Source of the DNA: an uncultured virus (IMG/VR IMGVR_UViG_3300002220_000147) | Taxonomy: Duplodnaviria > Heunggongvirae > Uroviricota > Caudoviricetes > Crassvirales | Reading direction: 5' to 3' (one strand) | DNA: 64,000 bases | Virus record (IMG/VR): IMGVR_UViG_3300002220_000147 | In this document: positions 27,355 through 35,005 of the stretch, piece by piece | How the letters are laid out: every line of letters begins with the position of its first letter | Position numbering within the stretch: the stretch's first letter is position 1 | Translations under genes and position numbers: made by a program | Notes under the pieces: generated by a model | What the model saw: only the letters and a program-made list of their open reading frames with translations | Databases searched by the model: none | Told to the model about the DNA's origin: nothing

Positions 27355-27462
27355 AAATTAAAACATCCTGTTCGACTAATTTCGAGCAACCACTAAAGAC
27401 TCAATTATTTGCGAATTGTGGCACTGGGATATAATTTTCTCCCAGGATATTATTAGATTGTT

Positions 27463-27771
27463 TTAAAATAAAGGAAGACGACTTTGGATAATAGCCTGAC
27501 TTTCCAGGCATTCAGCGCTTTTTATTATCTTATCAGCATTAGCTCTCTTTGTAAGAGCCATTGCTTTGTATGCTGCATATCCATTTATAACTCCTTTTAT
27601 CATTATTTTCTTTACACCTTTTCGGGTAATATAAGAAATTACATCAATTTTGCTTTGTTCACTATCTAACATTTTTACTACCCTGTTTGCTAAATCAAGG
27701 TTAGTATATATGTTATTTATCAGGAAAATATTTCCTGTATAATGCCATATTCCAAACTGTTCTTTTCTCAT
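27463..27771 (-). CDS. hypothetical protein
   Basis: Coupled ORF. Confidence 0.55.
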   Translation of the reverse strand: MRKEQFGIWHYTGNIFLINNIYTNLDLANRVVKMLDSEQSKIDVISYITRKGVKKIMIKGVINGYAAYKAMALTKRANADKIIKSAECLESQAIIQSRLPLF

Positions 27772-28001
27772 TTTTCTATAAATTTTTCTTGTGTGAAATA
27801 AATTATCATAGACAATGCAAAGCCTGTTAAAATAACTAATAACATGCTTATGAGTAAGCTTCCTGATGAAACTGTAATACCAAATGCTTGAGTTTCTTCA
27901 AGATTGAAGTTTATACCTTGTAGGATATCAAACATAAAAAACAGTGCTATCATAAAAGAGAGTACATATATTCCTTTTATGATTATTCTTAGTGTTTTCA
28001 T
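27768..28001 (-). CDS. two-TM membrane protein
   Basis: Likely start MKTLRII at 28001; two hydrophobic helices. Confidence 0.55.
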   Translation of the reverse strand: MKTLRIIIKGIYVLSFMIALFFMFDILQGINFNLEETQAFGITVSSGSLLISMLLVILTGFALSMIIYFTQEKFIEK

Positions 28002-28002
28002 A

Positions 28003-28236
28003 TTAGTCCTCCATATAGGCTTTATACAAAGAATACTCAAGACTGTCACTTTCATCATATAGGTCAGTCTCAAAACCTGCTATGATATACGAAGCTTCTA
28101 CAGACCACCCATCTTTTTGAAGACTGTCTGCAATTCTGTTAGTTTCTTTCACCATAGTTTCAAATTTATAATCGCTATAGTGAATTCCCAGAATTAACAC
28201 TACGAAACATAGTGTTAAGATTATAGTTGTTTTCAT
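28003..28236 (-). CDS. membrane-anchored hypothetical protein
   Basis: N-terminal hydrophobic helix. Confidence 0.55.
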   Translation of the reverse strand: MKTTIILTLCFVVLILGIHYSDYKFETMVKETNRIADSLQKDGWSVEASYIIAGFETDLYDESDSLEYSLYKAYMED

Positions 28237-28240
28237 AGTT

Positions 28241-28492
28241 TCAGTTATTAATTGTATGAGTAATAACCTTAACTATATGAGTACACTCTGGATTAGGTAT
28301 TAACCTATTCTTAGTATACTTACTTACAATCATTTCAGCAAAGGCTTCATCCTCTGCTCCAGTTAATAATCTCAACCCTTTCGGGGAAATATAACTCTCT
28401 TTAATGTAACGTGGTGCATTAAGCACTTCCTGTACTCTTCGACCATTACCTAAGAAATCTCTGGTAACTTTGGTCTTTCTGTTCTTTCCCAT
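28241..28492 (-). CDS. hypothetical protein
   Basis: Co-oriented ORF. Confidence 0.55.
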   Translation of the reverse strand: MGKNRKTKVTRDFLGNGRRVQEVLNAPRYIKESYISPKGLRLLTGAEDEAFAEMIVSKYTKNRLIPNPECTHIVKVITHTINN

Positions 28493-29121
28493 AGGATTAC
28501 AGTATTTAAAGATTAAATTAAAATGTGTTTTACACCTAAAACTTTGATTTATTCTACAAGGTATACATTATAAAGCATAAGCTTAACCACTACTCATCCA
28601 GTCATACAGACTTTTATTTCGTGTTAGGAATCTTGTTTTTAATATCAAAGAAACTGGTGTCCTCAACATCTTGGAAAGAGTTAAGTTTTTTATTCCTGAA
28701 TAAGAGTAATACCCTCACCTGGAAGAAGTTTACGACCTTCAAGTGTTAAGGTTAATTAAATAAGTAATAGGCTATAATTGTAAAGTATTGATATTATCTC
28801 AACGATGCTTGAGTTTCACATAATGCAGACTATCACTGCCACTCTACTTAAGAGAGTATGGTTTGAATTTCACTTGTGTTTAATTTCGGAGTGCACTCCG
28901 GTTATGCCGCATTACTGCGTATTTTGTTATAGTCCAATAGGCTGCATAACTTTAACCCTATTGTATTCACCCCATTACTGTTACAACACGATACAAATGG
29001 GTATGTTCGTGTATATTTTAATGGTTCACTCTCACCAATAAGGATATTGAGTGAACCTTAGCAATAGGTGTACTGAATGTAAATTTCATCTTGGTAAGGT
29101 ATTAGGTTGAACAAAGTGTTA

Positions 29122-29143
29122 AAGGGTGTATTTCTACACCCTT
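29122..29143 (-). terminator. hairpin / putative terminator
   Basis: AAGGGTGTA/TACACCCTT; GAAA loop on the minus strand. Confidence 0.6.
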
Positions 29144-29151
29144 GTATGCTA

Positions 29152-29460
29152 TCAATTTATACTTCTCTCTCTAATGAAATATACACAACGGTAATCTCCA
29201 TAATGAGAGTGATAGTAAATTGCGGGTCTTTTATGGCTAACACTGTAGTTAAGTGACTTACCACCATATTCATTCAGTTCACCATTAATATCTTCTACAA
29301 CATTATTAGGATGTTTAGTAGAGAGTTCTTTTCTGGCATACTCAATTGCATCAGATAACTTAGTAAACAATACATTTGTAAAGTATCCATCATTACAATC
29401 AAGATTTGTGCTGATTACTTCGTAGATATTATTCATTGTGGTAAGTGTTAGGTTAAACAA
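29152..29460 (-). CDS. hypothetical protein
   Basis: ORF; the true start is probably the internal MNNIYE. Confidence 0.55.
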   Translation of the reverse strand: MFNLTLTTMNNIYEVISTNLDCNDGYFTNVLFTKLSDAIEYARKELSTKHPNNVVEDINGELNEYGGKSLNYSVSHKRPAIYYHSHYGDYRCVYFIRERSIN

Positions 29461-29842
29461 AAAGGCTATATTGAAATGTACCTGATTAGGTACATAATTG
29501 AGTACATCTGGAAGTACATAAAGGGGAGGATAGGTTGAGTATCAACCAGTTACATCACATTTTGATTAGAAACTAATCAAAGTTAAATGAAATACCCCCA
29601 CCACTCACCGCCGATACGATTGGTTACGCAACAGCTTGCACTGGATGGGGTTATTTCAACACTCACTTACCTAATATAAATAGGTGTAATTACAATTCTC
29701 TGTTGCATAGCCTATGTCTTCAGCTACTCTGGTATCACCGTGTTAAACGGACTTACTGAGAAATTATAACTACACCTATATATAGGTACACATTAATCCC
29801 CTTAATGTACAATAGTAGTACAATAGGGAATTAAAAAAACAA

Positions 29843-29858
29843 AAGGGCTTTCGCCCTT
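29843..29858 (-). terminator. putative intrinsic terminator
   Basis: Minus strand AAGGGC-GAAA-GCCCTT followed by a U-tract, right after the 29862 stop. Confidence 0.7.
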
Positions 29859-29861
29859 AGG

Positions 29862-30062
29862 TTAAAACTCAACTTCAATACCATCGACAGCACGCTTGCC
29901 GAAGTAGATAGAACCATCGTCTGATAGTGTCAAGAGAATCTTGTCACCTGCTTGAAGCTCTTCTGCAACTACGCAGATAAGTTTCTTATCATCAGGGTGA
30001 TTACCGAAATAGGCTTTGCCACCTTTCTTGGTGGTGCCAGGAAATAAGGTTACTTTTTTCAT
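29862..30062 (-). CDS. hypothetical protein (first gene of the leftward arm)
   Basis: 66-aa ORF followed by a terminator. Confidence 0.6.
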   Translation of the reverse strand: MKKVTLFPGTTKKGGKAYFGNHPDDKKLICVVAEELQAGDKILLTLSDDGSIYFGKRAVDGIEVEF

Positions 30063-30283
30063 AATGTGGTAGTTTAAACTTATTAATTAACTTGTTAATT
30101 CATACGGGGGTAACAACCCACGCTAATATTAAGAGGGGGTTTAGGTTTGATATGGTACTCCCCCAGAAACTCACAAAAAAATAAAAGGTATAAAAAAAAT
30201 AAAAAAAATTTAAAAATTATTTTACTAGTACACAAGTACTTACAAATTATTTTCAACTTTTTTTAAAAATAACTACGAAATTA

Positions 30284-30315
30284 TTTGCTTTTGCTAAATT
30301 AATGTTGTATATTTG
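30284..30315 (+). promoter_or_regulatory. Bacteroidota sigma-A-type promoter starting the rightward arm
   Basis: TTTG-N20-TATATTTG. Confidence 0.75.
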
Positions 30316-30528
30316 CACTGTAATTATTAGGGCAGCTTAATGAAAAATTAAGCAGAGCATTTGATGGTCACTTATGGGGTTGGAATTAATAGCAGGGCAA
30401 AGCTACCAACATTGGGTGTAAAAGAAGGGTATCGTACCACCATAATATCATAAAAATGAGGAATCTCCGGAACACAGGGGATTACCCTTCTATTAAAAAA
30501 ACTTAATAAATAATAAGTTAATAAGGTA

Positions 30529-30672
30529 ATGGAAGAAAATAAATCAGATTATATATATGTCACTCACGAACAGTACCAACTCTTCCTTGAAAGAGAAGCA
30601 AACAGAAAGCTTAAGAAGGAACTTAGGAAAAAAAGAAAATCCAGAAACTCCGATAAAAATAACAATGGTTGA
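30529..30672 (+). CDS. small basic protein (47 aa, not in the ORF track)
   Basis: MEENKSDYIYVTHEQYQLFLEREANRKLKKELRKKRK...; overlaps the next start. Confidence 0.45.
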   Translation: MEENKSDYIYVTHEQYQLFLEREANRKLKKELRKKRKSRNSDKNNNG

Positions 30673-30850
30673 AGTTTCTACTAATGGAAGGGATTCAATA
30701 ATAATGGTTATGGATACAGAATATTATGTTAAAAGAAAAGATCTGCAACTGATTAGAAGAATCTTAATGAATAGTTTTAATGAAGAATTAGAAGAAGATA
30801 TTTATATTTATTTACATCATAAAGAACTAACTAAAAACCAGCGTACATAA
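30665..30850 (+). CDS. hypothetical protein
   Basis: Likely start MVEVST within the 30557..30850 frame. Confidence 0.45.
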   Translation: MVEVSTNGRDSIIMVMDTEYYVKRKDLQLIRRILMNSFNEELEEDIYIYLHHKELTKNQRT

Positions 30851-30860
30851 AAACTATTAT

Positions 30861-31148
30861 ATGAACAATATAGATAAATTACAAAAACTCCTTCCAAAGG
30901 ATGTTATTCTGGAACTTGATTATGATGATATGGATACTAACTTTAGTCTGGATGAAATTGCAGTAATGGAATCTTGGATAGGAGGGTATAAAAATCATTA
31001 TAGGAAATATGGACTGGATGTAACCCATCCTTTTATTTTAACAATTGCCAGAGTGTCTAAGAAACACTACTTGGATTTTGGATTAGTTAATATTCCGGAT
31101 GATAAGAAAAATCATGTTATTTATATATGTATAAAAAATAAAGCATAA
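30861..31148 (+). CDS. hypothetical protein
   Basis: Co-oriented ORF. Confidence 0.55.
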   Translation: MNNIDKLQKLLPKDVILELDYDDMDTNFSLDEIAVMESWIGGYKNHYRKYGLDVTHPFILTIARVSKKHYLDFGLVNIPDDKKNHVIYICIKNKA

Positions 31149-31151
31149 TAT

Positions 31152-32123
31152 ATGATCATACAAAAAAATTTAAAAGGGGATATAGTAGGTAGATATAAGA
31201 ATAAAACTGAAGCAGCCCGTACTTTAGGTATCGACGAAAGTACTGTAAGAAAAGGGATAAAATTTGGGCGTGTAGTATTGGGGAAATATAAGTTTTATAT
31301 CTCAAATACTATATATGCTAATAAAGCACAAGTAATACAGGTTCCAGTAAAAGTACTGCTTTTAGATATTGAAACAAGTCCTATACTTGCATATGTGTTT
31401 CAAAAAGAAGTGTGGAAAGCAAGAATAGCTTATAGTAAGGTACTAAGTGATTATTTTATGTTAACGTGGGCAGCAAAATGGTTAGGCAGTCCAGAAATGA
31501 TGTCAGACAGACTTACTTCAGAAGAAGCAGTTCTTGAAGATGATGAAAGAATTGTGATGTCTTTATGGAAACTTTTAGATGAAGCTGATGTAGTGATTGC
31601 TCATAATGCTTTAGCATTTGATATACCTAATATTAATACAAGAAGTATAAAGTATAATCTTGATCCTCCAAACCCATTTAAAATAATAGATACATTAAGA
31701 GTTGCTCAAAGCCAGTTTGGATTCACTCATAATAGTTTAGATGCTTTAGCTCATTTTTTTAATATGGATGGTAAAATAGGAACTGATTTTAGTTTATGGA
31801 AAAGGTGTATATTTGGAGAGGATGATGCATTAAGAGAAATGGAGACATATAATAGACAAGATGTAGCAGTACTTGAAAATGTGTACATTAAATTAAGGCC
31901 TTATATTAAAGGACACCCAAATTTTGATCTTTATATAGACGAAGAAAAAAGTGTTTGCCCTAGTTGCGGAAGCTCTGATATCACTAGACAGGATAACAAG
32001 TATTTTTATACTCAAGCAGTAAAATATAATACTTATAGGTGTCATAATTGTGGAACAGTAAGCAGAAGCAAACAATCTGTAAAATATATTAATAAAAAGA
32101 AAATATCACCAATACCAAGATAA
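31152..32123 (+). CDS. RNase H-like (DnaQ/RNase_H_2) 3'-5' exonuclease with N-terminal NUMOD1-like HTH and C-terminal Zn ribbon
   Basis: LLDIETSP, HNALAFD, IDTL, YNRQDV; CPSCGS...CHNCG. Confidence 0.82.
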   Translation: MIIQKNLKGDIVGRYKNKTEAARTLGIDESTVRKGIKFGRVVLGKYKFYISNTIYANKAQVIQVPVKVLLLDIETSPILAYVFQKEVWKARIAYSKVLSDYFMLTWAAKWLGSPEMMSDRLTSEEAVLEDDERIVMSLWKLLDEADVVIAHNALAFDIPNINTRSIKYNLDPPNPFKIIDTLRVAQSQFGFTHNSLDALAHFFNMDGKIGTDFSLWKRCIFGEDDALREMETYNRQDVAVLENVYIKLRPYIKGHPNFDLYIDEEKSVCPSCGSSDITRQDNKYFYTQAVKYNTYRCHNCGTVSRSKQSVKYINKKKISPIPR

Positions 32124-32125
32124 AC

Positions 32126-32359
32126 ATGAAAATGTTAAGTAGAGAGGACATTAGAATTGTTGAAGATTTTATGGAACCTTATAAAGATTTATTAGAAGAT
32201 GTATTAACATCTTCTGATGTAGAAAGTGAAGCACAAAGACAGGCCTGGAAAGACTGGGCAGTTGAAAAACTTATGAATGAACTCTGCTTAACAGATAATT
32301 TAGCACGAATATGGGTAGATAAACTAGAATGTTATTATAAAAAGAAAACTGATGATTAG
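32126..32359 (+). CDS. hypothetical protein
   Basis: Co-oriented ORF. Confidence 0.55.
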   Translation: MKMLSREDIRIVEDFMEPYKDLLEDVLTSSDVESEAQRQAWKDWAVEKLMNELCLTDNLARIWVDKLECYYKKKTDD

Positions 32360-32546
32360 TATAGAAATTAAAAGCAACATAACTCTTAGAGAGTTTAATG
32401 ATTCGGTATTTACTGCTGGAGTAGGTTATAAAATATATAGATTATTTGGGATACCCATATATAAGAAAGTATTTAATGAACTGCTTACGCCTGAGAATGA
32501 GGTAGAAAAAGAAAAAATAGGTTTTACTAAAACAATAAAAAAATGA
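32352..32546 (+). CDS. hypothetical protein
   Basis: YRLFGIPIYK...IGF. Confidence 0.5.
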   Translation: MISIEIKSNITLREFNDSVFTAGVGYKIYRLFGIPIYKKVFNELLTPENEVEKEKIGFTKTIKK

Positions 32547-32703
32547 AATTTTTAATTGAAGAAGAAGAAGAAGTTATCCACTTGATGGGAAATTGTACTA
32601 TAGATGAACTTATAGAATTTACAGAATTTGTAAAGCTTCTATATAAGGACTACATTATTGATTTTGGAGGAATGCTGATTAATGTGAATTACTGTAAATC
32701 TGA

Positions 32704-32928
32704 TTGTTAGGTAACTCTATGAAGAAGAAGAGCACCGATAATCCCACCCCGTTATCCCCGCACAATCCTGTCCCACCCAAGTGTGGGGATAACAACCATA
32801 TATTTATATATTGGGATGAACTAGACAGATACAACAAAGAGGTGGAAGATATTATTTTATTTAATTCTATTCAGGATACTCACAGACCTGATGATGAGCA
32901 TATATTAAAAGTAACTCAGAAAAAATGA
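32704..32928 (+). CDS. hypothetical protein
   Basis: Probably starts at MKKKS; coupled to the next ORF. Confidence 0.45.
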   Translation: MLGNSMKKKSTDNPTPLSPHNPVPPKCGDNNHIFIYWDELDRYNKEVEDIILFNSIQDTHRPDDEHILKVTQKK

Positions 32929-33296
32929 TAATAAATGTATCAACAACTCCCAGGAAATACTTTAGAGAATGCCTGGAAATTTTAAAAATGATTGATCCGT
33001 TAAATAAACTTAATACTCAAGAACTTGATGTTTTAGGTGAATTGCTGTATTTCAATTATGAATTGAGGGGTATAAAAGATAACAAACTAAGGTATAAACT
33101 TGTATTTGATTATGATACTAAAGTAAAGATTGGGGATCAGCTGTCAATGAAAGGACAATCTCTTGATAATATCTTTACAAGACTAAGGGCAAAAAATATA
33201 ATTAAAGGAAAAACTCTTGTAAGCGATTATAAAATTAATATAGATTCACCTGAAATAGTTTTTAAGTTTAAAATAGATGATTCTGATAAAGAATAG
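32925..33296 (+). CDS. putative winged-HTH DNA-binding protein
   Basis: LNTQELDVLGEL...LDNIFTRLRAKNII. Confidence 0.6.
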   Translation: MIINVSTTPRKYFRECLEILKMIDPLNKLNTQELDVLGELLYFNYELRGIKDNKLRYKLVFDYDTKVKIGDQLSMKGQSLDNIFTRLRAKNIIKGKTLVSDYKINIDSPEIVFKFKIDDSDKE

Positions 33297-33480
33297 TTTA
33301 ATTGTATCAGGAGATTTAGAAAATCTTTTCTCAATGCAGGAAAGTATTGAACTTCATCTGGCTATATGGGAAGAAAAACATAAAAACTATACACATACAA
33401 ACGAAATACAATTTATACCTGAAGGGTTTTTACTGGATTTAAAAATTTATGAGATCGAACAGAACTTCCAAAATAATTAA
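33277..33480 (+). CDS. hypothetical protein
   Basis: Overlapping small ORF. Confidence 0.45.
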   Translation: MILIKNSLIVSGDLENLFSMQESIELHLAIWEEKHKNYTHTNEIQFIPEGFLLDLKIYEIEQNFQNN

Positions 33481-33739
33481 AGAGATTGCATATAACCATA
33501 ATTTTACTGAGAAAGAGGTGTATGATATGGTTATGGCTCCATTCAATTTAGTTGTAGAAGTAATGAGAAATGGAGATAGGAATAAGGTAGATTTTAAGAG
33601 TGTGAGAATTATATCATTTGGTACATTTTTCATGTCACAGGGAAGAAGAAATTTTTTTAATAAATTAAATGAAAAATTAAATGGAGAAGAGCTACAATCA
33701 GGAACAGATAGACCTGATAACCAAGGGAGTAAGACCTGA
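33449..33739 (+). CDS. IHF/HU-like DNA-binding protein
   Basis: IIKEIA...EVYDMV...SVRIISFGTF; position upstream of TerL as in crAss-like phages. Confidence 0.7.
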   Translation: MRSNRTSKIIKEIAYNHNFTEKEVYDMVMAPFNLVVEVMRNGDRNKVDFKSVRIISFGTFFMSQGRRNFFNKLNEKLNGEELQSGTDRPDNQGSKT

Positions 33740-33920
33740 AAATATGGATTACGAAGAGTTTAAAACCTTAAGAGCAGAAATAAATAAGATGCTTAAAGGA
33801 TACTTGAAAGGTAGAATGTTTCACAAGTCTTCATGGATTGAAGAAATACCAGGGACTAAGTATATTTATAAGAAAACTAAAACTTATATTAAATCAGATG
33901 ATACAAAAGAAGATTTATAA
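33681..33920 (+). CDS. hypothetical protein
   Basis: RPENMDYEEFK motif. Confidence 0.55.
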   Translation: MEKSYNQEQIDLITKGVRPENMDYEEFKTLRAEINKMLKGYLKGRMFHKSSWIEEIPGTKYIYKKTKTYIKSDDTKEDL

Positions 33921-34134
33921 TTGTGTAAATAAAGACTGTACTGAATATCGTAAAGATATAGAAATACTACAGGATACTGAAAACACATTCTCTGATACTT
34001 ATATAGCATTAGCTTGCAAGAAATGTGAAGAAGGTTTAGAAATTAATATTAATAAGACATTTGGAGTATCTTATTTCAATATAGATGAGATAGCATTGGG
34101 TACCAAAAGAATGTTTAATAAACCAAAACAATAA
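33898..34134 (+). CDS. small Zn-binding protein
   Basis: YNCVNKDC...CKKC; likely start MIQKK. Confidence 0.5.
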   Translation: MIQKKIYNCVNKDCTEYRKDIEILQDTENTFSDTYIALACKKCEEGLEININKTFGVSYFNIDEIALGTKRMFNKPKQ

Positions 34135-34152
34135 TTAAATAGAAGAAGAGCT

Positions 34153-34485
34153 ATGATATTAACAGGAAAATTAACTTTTAATGCAGTCGCATTAAAGATG
34201 TTACCAGTTGACAAGATTAAAAAAGATTCCCTTATACTTCCTTCAGGAATAAAAGGTAAAGAAGAAGAAGAGTCCCTTAAAGATTATCCTGATCACCCAT
34301 TTCAAGGAGAGGTAATAGGTGTGGGAGAGAATGTAAGAGAATGTAAAGAAGGAGATATTGTGCTATTGAAAATACAACCTAACTGGATGCCTGTACCTAT
34401 ATTCCTTAATGATAAAGGTACTATGTATAATGTATACAATAATACTGATATTTTACTAGTTAGAGAAAAAGATGGCACTGCTTAA
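34153..34485 (+). CDS. GroES-like co-chaperonin
   Basis: SLILP...QGEVIGVGENVRECKEGDIVLL...DIL. Confidence 0.7.
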   Translation: MILTGKLTFNAVALKMLPVDKIKKDSLILPSGIKGKEEEESLKDYPDHPFQGEVIGVGENVRECKEGDIVLLKIQPNWMPVPIFLNDKGTMYNVYNNTDILLVREKDGTA

Positions 34486-35005
34486 TTCTTTCGATATAGA
34501 TGCAAATATATGGGAAATAGAGCCTCAGTTAAAAATTCCTAAAATATTTGCAGATCTGTATAATGCAGATAAGACAAAGAACAAAGCCCACAGTAGTAAA
34601 ATAATGTGGGCTATTGCTCTTTTGGTAGATATATCTGATGATAATAAGTATAGAAATCTCAGAGAAGAGGATAGAAAGGAACTTATAATCTCAGATTACC
34701 TTAAGGATGAAGTCTTTAGATTTGAAGATTATAAAGATTTAATAGATATGTATACTGAATTGCATATGTCTAAAATTGAAAGAGAATTAAGACAGCAGGA
34801 ATTAAAACTTGAAGAAAGAGCTAAATTCATCAACGATACTAAGTATGATTTAGAAACAGGAGATAAACTTGATAAGTTTCTGATTAATACAGGAAAACTT
34901 TACGAACAGATTAAGAGTTTAAGAGACCAGATAAGAGCAGAAAGAGATGGAGGTAACACTAAAGGCGGAATGACTGAAAGTGCTTCAGAAAAAGGTATAA
35001 TATAA
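34472..35005 (+). CDS. conserved protein directly upstream of TerL (possible small terminase)
   Basis: SSKIMWAIAL motif, coiled-coil, TKGG...SASEKGII; coupled to TerL. Confidence 0.55.
   Translation: MALLNSFDIDANIWEIEPQLKIPKIFADLYNADKTKNKAHSSKIMWAIALLVDISDDNKYRNLREEDRKELIISDYLKDEVFRFEDYKDLIDMYTELHMSKIERELRQQELKLEERAKFINDTKYDLETGDKLDKFLINTGKLYEQIKSLRDQIRAERDGGNTKGGMTESASEKGII

Noticed and set aside
28820..28940. Group I intron-like GACTA...TAGTCC pair on the plus strand
   Set aside because: No P/Q elements, no P1 and no interrupted gene; treated as a simple stem
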